Source: Methylophilales bacterium
GTDB lineage: Bacteria; Pseudomonadota; Gammaproteobacteria; Burkholderiales; Methylophilaceae
DNA: 64,000 bases
Direction of reading: 5' to 3'
Assembly: GCA_021414145.1 (NCBI GenBank)
Contig: JAIOOY010000017.1
Coordinates: forward strand, 2,631 to 66,630
Shown: in pieces, positions 46,967 to 54,529 of the stretch
How positions within the stretch are numbered: position 1 is the first letter of the stretch
How the letters are laid out: each line of letters opens with the position of its first letter
Notes under the pieces: generated by a model
Database searches by the model: none
What the model was told of the DNA's origin: nothing
What the model saw: only the letters and a program-made list of their open reading frames with translations
Position numbers and translations under genes: made by a program

Positions 46967-48361
46967 CTAATATCCTTCTGGCCTAGGCCATGGCATAGTG
47001 AATTGATCACCGCGCTTTACGAACTTGTAACGGCGGATAGTGAACCAAATCGAAGCCACGATATAGAAGCCCATGATGGACAGCAACGTCGAACCGTAAC
47101 CGAGGAAAGTTGCAAAATACACTGAGACACAAAGCGCGAAAAGTGTAATTGCCGGAAACGGATGTAGTGGATGAACATAACCACGCTTGATACTGCCCAA
47201 AGGCCACATTTTGCGGAACTTCACCATATTGATGGACATGAAGGTATAGCCCAGCAAGCCCGACAGAATGGAGAAAGTAATCACTTGATCCAACAAGCCG
47301 GTGAAGGCGAATGAGACCGCAATCGGGATGAGGAAAATGATGGCGCGATAGGGCGTGCGGTACTTGGGATGAATGGCTCCAAAGAAGCTGGGCATATAGC
47401 GATCACGCCCTAAGGAGAACCACGCCCGTGAGGCATCATTGATACAACCATTAGCAGAAGCTACCGCAGAGAAAATGGTAGCAACGAACAGCAATATCTG
47501 CAGATTGGTATTGCCCACTAGGGTTGCAGCATCATATAAAGGCGTAATAGCCTGACCAAGATATTGCCAAGGCATAAGACCGGTACAAATGAACCAAGTC
47601 AATGTGGCCGCCACCAGCAAGGTCATCATTCCGCCCATAGTGCCGAGCGGGATTGAACGACCGGCTGAACGTACTTCCTCCGCTGCCTGACACGTGCCCT
47701 CGATCCCAAGGTAATACCACATCCCGAACTGGAATGAAGCGATTACGCCAATCCAGCCATAAGGTAAATCGGTCAGTAGTTCCTTATGTTTGAGGATGGT
47801 CCCGGAATGCGTAGGGTCAACGCCGATGAACAGGACGAGAATGGCAAGGAAAGCAATCAGCGTGATGACAAAATTCACCGTCAAGGTCATAAACACGCCC
47901 CGGTAATTCAGCCATGCAAGGAAAGCAATGGTGAACACCACGAATGGTTTGGTTTCCAAATCCATATACCCTAATGCCGCCGCACCAGATTTCATCAAGT
48001 CGCCCACCACCAAGGCATCTGCCGCCTCCAGCATGGTATAGGCCATGACCAGATATAAACCGACGTTGAACGCCATTAAAGGACCGATGATGTGCTTGGC
48101 TTGAGTATATTGCCCCCCTGCTGCTGCCACCGTTGAGGTTACTTCGGAATCTATCATCGCCACACAGGTGTACAGCAAACCTATCACCCAACAGGCAATC
48201 AGCGAGCCGTAAGCACCACCTTTGGCCACCGAAAAATTCCACCCCATAAATTCGCCAACCAGCACGATGCCAACCCCCAACGCCCAAATATGGAAGGGGT
48301 TTAATACTTTCAGCATGGATATGCGCTCAGAACCTGCAGCGCTTGTTGATGCATTACTCAT
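46967..48361 (-). CDS. APC-superfamily permease of the ethanolamine-permease (EAT) type
   Basis: 464 aa, ~12 TM. The N-terminal LNPFHIWALGVGIVLVGEFMGWNF...GG.GSLIA pattern is typical of EAT-family permeases. GAAGGGAG SD. Confidence 0.8.
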   Translation of the reverse strand: MSNASTSAAGSERISMLKVLNPFHIWALGVGIVLVGEFMGWNFSVAKGGAYGSLIACWVIGLLYTCVAMIDSEVTSTVAAAGGQYTQAKHIIGPLMAFNVGLYLVMAYTMLEAADALVVGDLMKSGAAALGYMDLETKPFVVFTIAFLAWLNYRGVFMTLTVNFVITLIAFLAILVLFIGVDPTHSGTILKHKELLTDLPYGWIGVIASFQFGMWYYLGIEGTCQAAEEVRSAGRSIPLGTMGGMMTLLVAATLTWFICTGLMPWQYLGQAITPLYDAATLVGNTNLQILLFVATIFSAVASANGCINDASRAWFSLGRDRYMPSFFGAIHPKYRTPYRAIIFLIPIAVSFAFTGLLDQVITFSILSGLLGYTFMSINMVKFRKMWPLGSIKRGYVHPLHPFPAITLFALCVSVYFATFLGYGSTLLSIMGFYIVASIWFTIRRYKFVKRGDQFTMPWPRPEGY

Positions 48362-48376
48362 GTCAACTCCCTTCGT

Positions 48377-48532
48377 TTATTGTCCCGTCAGTTCGTCAGC
48401 ACCTTCGCGCGAACTCATCAGGTATTCTTCGTCATATTGCTTGGCCACGCTCATCGCGTCAGCCAGCATCCAAAGCAGCATCAAGGCGGACAAGCCCCAA
48501 GCCGCGTAACTCAATAATTGCCAGAAATTCAT
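48377..48532 (-). CDS. Unlisted 51-aa single-TM protein immediately upstream of the permease
   Basis: My translation is MNFWQLLSYAAWGLSALMLLWMLADAMSVAKQYDEEYLMSSREGADELTGQ. AAAGGAGAA SD. Its stop lies 15 nt before the permease ATG. Confidence 0.4.
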   Translation of the reverse strand: MNFWQLLSYAAWGLSALMLLWMLADAMSVAKQYDEEYLMSSREGADELTGQ

Positions 48533-48562
48533 GTTCAATTCTCCTTTAAATGTGCTGAAAGA

Positions 48563-48943
48563 CTACTTATCACCAAATTTTTCAGAAATCACTTCGCGAT
48601 ACTCTTTATCAGATGCTTTGAGCATGAACACGAAATAAGCAATGATGATTCCCGCAGTCAGCAATAGCATCATGGGGTCTATGGTGTAGTCAAATTTTGA
48701 GTTGATGAGTGCCGCGGCTTTTTCTGCGTCATAGCCGAGTTTTACCCATTGCTCTTGCACTACAGGGGAGAGTTGTAACGATTCCCAGGTTGGTTTTGGA
48801 GCATCTGCAGCCGCCTCGGCAGCAGCATCCGCTTTCATCAGTAACGGGATATATAGACTGACGTACACCAGCACCAGAATGAAAATACTATCAATAATCT
48901 GGCCTATCCCACTTTGTTTTTCGGGTATATATTCTTTTGCCAT
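48563..48943 (-). CDS. Hypothetical 126-aa two-TM membrane protein
   Basis: I moved the start to ATG 48943, behind AAGGAGGAG. Layout is TM1 (IFILVLVYVSLYIPLL), a ~60-aa Ala/Glu-rich loop, then TM2 (LLLTAGIIIAYFVFML). Confidence 0.5.
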   Translation of the reverse strand: MAKEYIPEKQSGIGQIIDSIFILVLVYVSLYIPLLMKADAAAEAAADAPKPTWESLQLSPVVQEQWVKLGYDAEKAAALINSKFDYTIDPMMLLLTAGIIIAYFVFMLKASDKEYREVISEKFGDK

Positions 48944-48968
48944 TTCATACTCCTCCTTAAGATGATGA

Positions 48969-49262
48969 TTATTTTTTTGAAAGCGCCTTATTCGCATCAA
49001 GATGCTTGATGTCGAGCCCGTAGATGAACTCTTTGTCCTCGGCGTAATGATTGGTCATGGCCAATACGGAAGCGGTGTTGTAGAGCACCACTACGCCACA
49101 ACTCACATACAGTGCCAAACGAATGTTTGGGTCTTGAACAATGCCCAGAACGGCATACAGCACAAATGCCAATGATGCCCAGAGCAATGCAACATCAAAC
49201 CAAGCGAATATACAATCCTGCATATACATTTTGTGTATTCGTGATTCCATACTTTCACTCAT
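48969..49262 (-). CDS. Hypothetical 97-aa two-TM membrane protein
   Basis: Strong SD AGAGGAGGG before ATG 49262. TM segments are FDVALLWASLAFVLYAVLGIV and LALYVSCGVVVLYNTASVLAM. Confidence 0.5.
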   Translation of the reverse strand: MSESMESRIHKMYMQDCIFAWFDVALLWASLAFVLYAVLGIVQDPNIRLALYVSCGVVVLYNTASVLAMTNHYAEDKEFIYGLDIKHLDANKALSKK

Positions 49263-49400
49263 TTTCCACCCTCCTCTTTTAGTTAATTAACTACAAACGT
49301 ATGCTGATTGCATGTGCAACCAATATACGGACTAACAAAAAACTGGAAATTCGGATAAATCAGAAAAGCATTGACGGCACAGTGTGCGCCTATCAACAGA

Positions 49401-49459
49401 CAAAGAAAAGGGGATGAGTGGTAGCGTATCTTGCAGAATAATCAATAACATCTCACCCC
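49401..49459 (-). terminator. Terminator-like or attenuator-like hairpin in the mgsC-transporter gap
   Basis: On the minus strand: GGGGTGAG ... CTCA(T)CCCC followed by TTTTCTTTG. The intervening segment is long (~33 nt), so this is not a canonical terminator. Confidence 0.3.
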
Positions 49460-49556
49460 ATACGTGGTGGACAAATGTCTTCTCATTCTGGTGATCGCGC
49501 ATAGCACTAACCCCCTTCAAAACCGACTCAAGGCCGGAGAGATTGAAACAGTTTAA

Positions 49557-50894
49557 TTAGAAACCAGTCACTCCCGGAATCCAACTGGTGCCTGCCAGAG
49601 GCACTTTAGCCATAGCCGAAGCTTCTAGAGTTAAAGCTACGAGGTCTTCCGGCTCCAAATTATGCAGATGAGACTTGCCACAAGCCCGCGCTATCACCTG
49701 TGCCTCCATAGTCATCACTGCCAAATAGTTTGCCAAACGATGTCCCGCTTTAACCGGATCCAGCCTTTTCATCAGCTCTGGATCTTGCGTAGTGATCCCT
49801 GCCGGATCGCGACCTTCATGCCAATCGTCATAAGCACCCGCCGTTGTACCCAGCTTCTGGTACTCTTCTTCCCAATGCGGGTCGTTATCGCCCAGTGCGA
49901 TGAGAGCGGCAGTACCGATGGCAACTGCATCCGCCCCTAGTGCCAAGGCTTTGGCGACATCCGCCCCATTGCGAATACCACCTGATACTATCAGCTGTAC
50001 CTTACGGTGCATCCCCAAATCTTGGAGTGCCTGAACCGCAGGACGAATAGCCGCCAAAATGGGAATACCCACGTGCTCGATGAATACTTCTTGCGTAGCA
50101 GCAGTACCGCCTTGCATACCATCCAACACCACGACATCCGCCCCAGCTTTGACTGCCAGCGCCACGTCAAAATAAGGACGTGTCGCACCTATCTTGACGT
50201 ATATGGGCTTTTCCCAATCCGTGATTTCACGGATTTCCGCAATCTTGATTTCCAGATCATCCGGCCCAGTCCAATCTGGATGTCGGCAGGAAGAACGTTG
50301 ATCGATACCTTCTGGCAAACAGCGCATCTTGGCTACGCGCTTGGTAATTTTTTGCCCAAGCAACATCCCGCCGCCGCCGGGTTTTGCGCCTTGTCCAATC
50401 ACCACTTCAATCGCATCGGCTTTACGCAAATCATCGGGATTCATGCCGTAACGTGAAGGCAAATACTGATAAACCAGAATAGATGAATGGCCACGTTCTT
50501 CTTGCGTCATGCCGCCATCACCCGTGGTTGTGCTGGTACCTGCTGCACTGGCACCGCGCCCAAGCGCTTCCTTGGCATTGGCAGATAATGAGCCAAAACT
50601 CATGCCGGCAATGGTCACGGGCGTTTTCAAGTGAATAGGCTTTTTAGCAAATCGTGCGCCTAGTACCACATCGGTTGCACATTTCTCACGATAACCCTCT
50701 AGTGGATAGCGGCTGACAGAGGCTCCAAGGAACAGCAGATCATCGAAGTGCGGCACCTTACGCTTGGCGCCTGCGCCGCGGATGTCATAGATGCCAGTAG
50801 CCGCAGCGCGACGAATCTCAGACATGGTGCTTTCATCAAAAGTCGCTGAAAAGCGCGGTTTGGTTTGCGGGATTTTGGGTTGTTGCTCGCTCAT
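49557..50894 (-). CDS. mgsC: N-methylglutamate synthase subunit C (glutamate-synthase FMN-domain, GlxD-like)
   Basis: 445 aa from ATG 50894 (MSEQQPK...); the track extends upstream into mgsB. GltS FMN-domain motifs (GQGAKPGGGG, GGTAA, SGGIRNG). Cluster context supports the call. Confidence 0.8.
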   Translation of the reverse strand: MSEQQPKIPQTKPRFSATFDESTMSEIRRAAATGIYDIRGAGAKRKVPHFDDLLFLGASVSRYPLEGYREKCATDVVLGARFAKKPIHLKTPVTIAGMSFGSLSANAKEALGRGASAAGTSTTTGDGGMTQEERGHSSILVYQYLPSRYGMNPDDLRKADAIEVVIGQGAKPGGGGMLLGQKITKRVAKMRCLPEGIDQRSSCRHPDWTGPDDLEIKIAEIREITDWEKPIYVKIGATRPYFDVALAVKAGADVVVLDGMQGGTAATQEVFIEHVGIPILAAIRPAVQALQDLGMHRKVQLIVSGGIRNGADVAKALALGADAVAIGTAALIALGDNDPHWEEEYQKLGTTAGAYDDWHEGRDPAGITTQDPELMKRLDPVKAGHRLANYLAVMTMEAQVIARACGKSHLHNLEPEDLVALTLEASAMAKVPLAGTSWIPGVTGF

Positions 50895-50895
50895 T

Positions 50896-51588
50896 TTAAT
50901 AGGCTCCTGCATTATCAACATGGAAGTGGTAGAGAGTGCGTGCAGAACCATATTGCTTAAAACTGTCCGGACTCACATCTGCATAACCGGATTTGGCCAG
51001 CAGGTCGGCTAGAATCTGCCTATCTTCTGGGCTCATGGTTTTTTCTTCGCAATCTGCACCCAAGCTTTTTACCTTGCCGCGCACAAAGATTTTAGCTTCA
51101 TAGATGGAGTCACCCAGACCTTCACCAGCATCACCCAAGATGACAAAATTGCCTGCTTGCGCCATAAATGCTGAAAAACTACCTACTGACCCACCGACCA
51201 CTACATCAGCGCCTTTAAGTGCAATGGCAGTTCGCAGACCTGCATCACCATCAATGACTAAAAGTCCACCATTTGCTGTAGCGCCAGCAGCATTGGATGC
51301 AAAACCTTTCACATGCACCATGCCTGACATCATGTTTTCAGCGACACCGCTGCCAGCACTTCCCTCAATGGTCACTTTGGCGATCTGGTTCATACCTGCC
51401 GCGTAGTATCCAGCATGTCCTTTGATGGTGACGTGAATATCAGATTTAAGACCGACAGCGATGCTATGTGCGCCATTCGGGTTTTCAATCACAATCTCTT
51501 TACCATTCAAGCTACTGGCATCGCCATGCAAGAACTGGTTCACCTCGCGTAATGGCTTGGCATCCAAGTCAAATGTTAGAGTTTCCAT
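50896..51588 (-). CDS. mgsB: N-methylglutamate synthase subunit B (GXGXG-motif, GltB C-terminal-domain-like, GlxC-like)
   Basis: 230 aa. Repeated beta-helix G.G.G pattern (IEGSAGSGVAENM, VVGGSVG, ILGDAGEGLGD). Confidence 0.8.
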   Translation of the reverse strand: METLTFDLDAKPLREVNQFLHGDASSLNGKEIVIENPNGAHSIAVGLKSDIHVTIKGHAGYYAAGMNQIAKVTIEGSAGSGVAENMMSGMVHVKGFASNAAGATANGGLLVIDGDAGLRTAIALKGADVVVGGSVGSFSAFMAQAGNFVILGDAGEGLGDSIYEAKIFVRGKVKSLGADCEEKTMSPEDRQILADLLAKSGYADVSPDSFKQYGSARTLYHFHVDNAGAY

Positions 51589-52472
51589 ACATACATCTCC
51601 TTGGGTGAAGGCTCGAATACCTTCGCGTTCTTGATGTCTGGCAAATGCGCCAAAGAACGGAACTCTGAAGCGATAGCCACGTAATCATCGTGTTCAGCGA
51701 TGATCGCTGGTTTACACCCGTAAGGGTCGCGCACTAAAGCAAGCTGATCCTTGGTACCCATCAGTAGCGTATAAAACCCATCAAGCTCTTCAAACCCCTG
51801 ATTGAGGGCGGCTTCTAAGTCATCCCCTTCTCGCATGCGCCATTCCAGAAAACGGCAAGCCGCCTCGGTATCGTTATCAGTTTCAAATTCGATACCTTCA
51901 TGCTCCAATTTACGCCGCAAACTATGCGCATTTGATAAAGAACCGTTATGCACCAAGCACCAATCTTGCCCTGCGGTGAATGGGTGGGCGTGCGCCGGAG
52001 TTACGGCAGATTCGGTCGCCATACGCGTATGGCCGACCAAATGTGTTCCACTAACATGAGGCAAGTCATAGCGTTTAGCCACGTCCGCCGGTAGACCCGT
52101 GTCCTTGTACACATCTATGGTATGACCCACTGAAAGCAGGTGTACATTTGGATAGTTTTCCTTAATCCATGTCTTGACAGTGCCAACTTCTAGATGTGAA
52201 ACCAGAATAGCGTGGTTACCCTGGGTACTGATTTTTACCTTCGAGCCCAAGTGCGCATCAAAATCGCTTGCCAAGCCTAACCAGTTAAACTCCATGGAAG
52301 GCGCATATAAACTATATTTCAACTCATTAGCACCTACCGGCGCAGTGAATACTGCCATCCCGGCAGAGTCCGGGCCACGCTCGGTCATGCCGATGAGCAT
52401 AGGCATCATCAATTCGCCAATACCGGCGCGCATTTTCTGGTTCTTCACCAGCAATCCCACAATTCCACACAT
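51576..52472 (-). CDS. mgsA: N-methylglutamate synthase subunit A (class-II glutamine amidotransferase-like, GlxB-like)
   Basis: 298 aa. N-terminal MCGIVGL nucleophile context; HTRMATES; HNGSLSN. Confidence 0.8.
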   Translation of the reverse strand: MCGIVGLLVKNQKMRAGIGELMMPMLIGMTERGPDSAGMAVFTAPVGANELKYSLYAPSMEFNWLGLASDFDAHLGSKVKISTQGNHAILVSHLEVGTVKTWIKENYPNVHLLSVGHTIDVYKDTGLPADVAKRYDLPHVSGTHLVGHTRMATESAVTPAHAHPFTAGQDWCLVHNGSLSNAHSLRRKLEHEGIEFETDNDTEAACRFLEWRMREGDDLEAALNQGFEELDGFYTLLMGTKDQLALVRDPYGCKPAIIAEHDDYVAIASEFRSLAHLPDIKNAKVFEPSPKEMYVWKL

Positions 52473-52502
52473 AACAACCTCCTGATAAACAGCTACAAAA
52501 TT

Positions 52503-53837
52503 CTAGAAAAACTCCGCATAACGTTTGATTTCCCAATCTGAGACGTGGCGCATGTATTCAATCCATTCCATGGATTTAAGATCAATAAATTCTTGCGAAA
52601 GCTTGTCACCAAGCGCATCTCTTACTACTTTGTCGCCTTCGAGTGCGCGTACCGCCTCATTAAGGTTTTGCGGCAGGATGCCAATACCATGTTTCTTCAA
52701 TTCGGCAGGGGAATAGTCGTAAAGATTGTCACCATTACCCTTGCCCGGATCCAATTCCCGCTTCACACCATCCAAGCCCGCCGCGATCACAGCTGCGGTG
52801 GTGAGGTAGGGGTTGCTACTGCCATCTGGCAAACGCAACTCAAGGCGGCCATAAGGAATGCGTACCATAGTTGAGCGGTTGTTATTGCCATAGGAGATAT
52901 AGGCTGGTGCCCAAGTAGCACCGGTCAGGGAGCGTCCTACAACCAGCCGCTTGTAAGAGTTAACCGTGGGTGCTGCCAGTGCACACAAGGCTGGCGCATG
53001 CGCCAAAATACCACCCATGAAGTGATAAGCCAGCTTGGACAGACCATGTCCTGTCTTGTCACTGTCATCATGGAACAAACTTTTTTTGCCGTCACCAATG
53101 GACATATGCATGTGCATGCCATTACCGGGGCGATTGCTAAATGGCTTGGGCATAAATGAACACATCATGCCCAAACTATTGGCAATCTCGCTCGCTGCCA
53201 TCTTAAACAGGATAAAATCATCTGCACTCTTGAGGCAGTCGGCATAGGTATAGTTGATTTCAAATTGACCGTTGGAATCTTCATGGTCGATTTGATATAC
53301 ATCCAAGCCGCAAGCCAGCAAGGACTCTGTCAACTCTTCCAAGAACACAGATTGGCGCGTAATGCCCTTGTAGTCGTAACAGGGTTTTTGCAAAGTATCG
53401 GTGTCGTCTACCGGCTGTATCTGGCCATGTTCGTCCATTTTCAGTAAAGAGAACTCTGGCTCCAGACCGGTATAGAGAATCCAGCCTTTTTTCTTAAGTA
53501 AGTCTACTTGTTTCTTGAGTACTACTCGCGAGTCATACTCGTAAGGTTTACCTTCGACATGACCATCACATACGATGCGCGCATATCCAGGCTGCCATGG
53601 AATAAGCGATAGCGTAGATAATTCACCTACGGCCATATAGTCAGGGCCATTCGGTGCTATGCCCATACCCCAAATGGCTCCGCCGGCAAACCCAGCACCC
53701 GTGGTAAGCACGTCTTCCAAGTGTGCCGCAGGCACAGACTTAACCTTTGCTACGCCGTGAATATCGACAAATTGCGCCAATACGTATTTGACCTTGTTGT
53801 CTTTCAAAAACTTTTTTGCTTCTGCTAGTGATTTCAT
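52503..53837 (-). CDS. gmaS: Gamma-glutamylmethylamide synthetase (glutamine-synthetase-like)
   Basis: 444 aa from ATG 53837, behind AAGGGAG (the track version adds 41 codons that overlap mgdD). GS motifs ([23 protein letters not shown]). Located between mgd and mgs. Confidence 0.8.
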   Translation of the reverse strand: MKSLAEAKKFLKDNKVKYVLAQFVDIHGVAKVKSVPAAHLEDVLTTGAGFAGGAIWGMGIAPNGPDYMAVGELSTLSLIPWQPGYARIVCDGHVEGKPYEYDSRVVLKKQVDLLKKKGWILYTGLEPEFSLLKMDEHGQIQPVDDTDTLQKPCYDYKGITRQSVFLEELTESLLACGLDVYQIDHEDSNGQFEINYTYADCLKSADDFILFKMAASEIANSLGMMCSFMPKPFSNRPGNGMHMHMSIGDGKKSLFHDDSDKTGHGLSKLAYHFMGGILAHAPALCALAAPTVNSYKRLVVGRSLTGATWAPAYISYGNNNRSTMVRIPYGRLELRLPDGSSNPYLTTAAVIAAGLDGVKRELDPGKGNGDNLYDYSPAELKKHGIGILPQNLNEAVRALEGDKVVRDALGDKLSQEFIDLKSMEWIEYMRHVSDWEIKRYAEFF

Positions 53838-53859
53838 AAAACGCTCCCTTATTAAGGTT

Positions 53860-54528
53860 TTACAATTTGTAATGCGACGAGAGACCCACAGCGCCGCCAC
53901 CGTGCTCAACTGCAATTTCCAACATCGTGTCCCACATAAAAGCTCCATAAGTGCCATCACACCACAACCGATACACAGGCTCGTTATTTAAGCTCTGGCG
54001 GATAATGGTGGCTGAAATGCCAGCGACTTGTGTCATCACTAATGCGTTCTCACCAAGTGCTTTTTCACGCAAATCCAAAGTGCAAAGCTCTGACAAAAGA
54101 CTTAAAACCTGGCTACCACTCAAGAGTAACGCCACGTCACTACGCTCAACCTTATACAAGCCCGTTAATGCTTTTCTATCCGCCACATTCAGTGCAGCGC
54201 AGAGCTTGCCTTCCGGTTGGTCTTCAATGAGAAATTCGCTATTTCCAAGTCGCAGAACCAAGGCACCAGATTTCTGTTGATTCCAACTGTTGGCTGTAGG
54301 TGGAATTTTTATTTTATTAAGCTCAAGCCATTGCGCTGCGCTAGGACCCTTAATCGCAAATCGCGATAGGCAGCTAACATCACAAATCCCTAGCAATTGC
54401 CGATTTTTGCTTTCAGTAACATCGTCACCAAAACTCATCACGACATCCATGCCATTGAGCAACCCCATCTTGGGGGAGATATCCTTAAGTGCATAAGCGA
54501 TGGGGGTCGGTTTGCTTATCATCTGCAT
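53860..54528 (-). CDS. mgdD: N-methylglutamate dehydrogenase subunit D (sarcosine-oxidase gamma-like)
   Basis: 222 aa, following the alpha-like subunit as in soxBDAG operons. SoxG-like length and position; the sequence itself is only weakly diagnostic. Confidence 0.65.
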   Translation of the reverse strand: MQMISKPTPIAYALKDISPKMGLLNGMDVVMSFGDDVTESKNRQLLGICDVSCLSRFAIKGPSAAQWLELNKIKIPPTANSWNQQKSGALVLRLGNSEFLIEDQPEGKLCAALNVADRKALTGLYKVERSDVALLLSGSQVLSLLSELCTLDLREKALGENALVMTQVAGISATIIRQSLNNEPVYRLWCDGTYGAFMWDTMLEIAVEHGGGAVGLSSHYKL

Positions 54529-54529
54529 A

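Noticed and set aside
49332-49520. A 62-aa ORF (or 56 aa from an internal ATG behind AAGGGGG) in the mgsC-transporter gap.
   Set aside because: No recognisable domain, a TTG first start, and overlap with the hairpin and palindromes. I cannot separate it from chance, so it is mentioned under the gap finding rather than called as a gene.
52503-53960. N-terminal extensions in the ORF track for gmaS (to 53960), mgdC (to 57529), mgsC (to 50951), amtB (to 62589), hpnH (to 27937), lptA (from 17764) and the 126-aa membrane protein (to 49000).
   Set aside because: The extensions overlap the preceding gene, have atypical sequence, and mostly lack an SD. Internal ATGs preceded by good SD sequences give N-termini that match the respective families.
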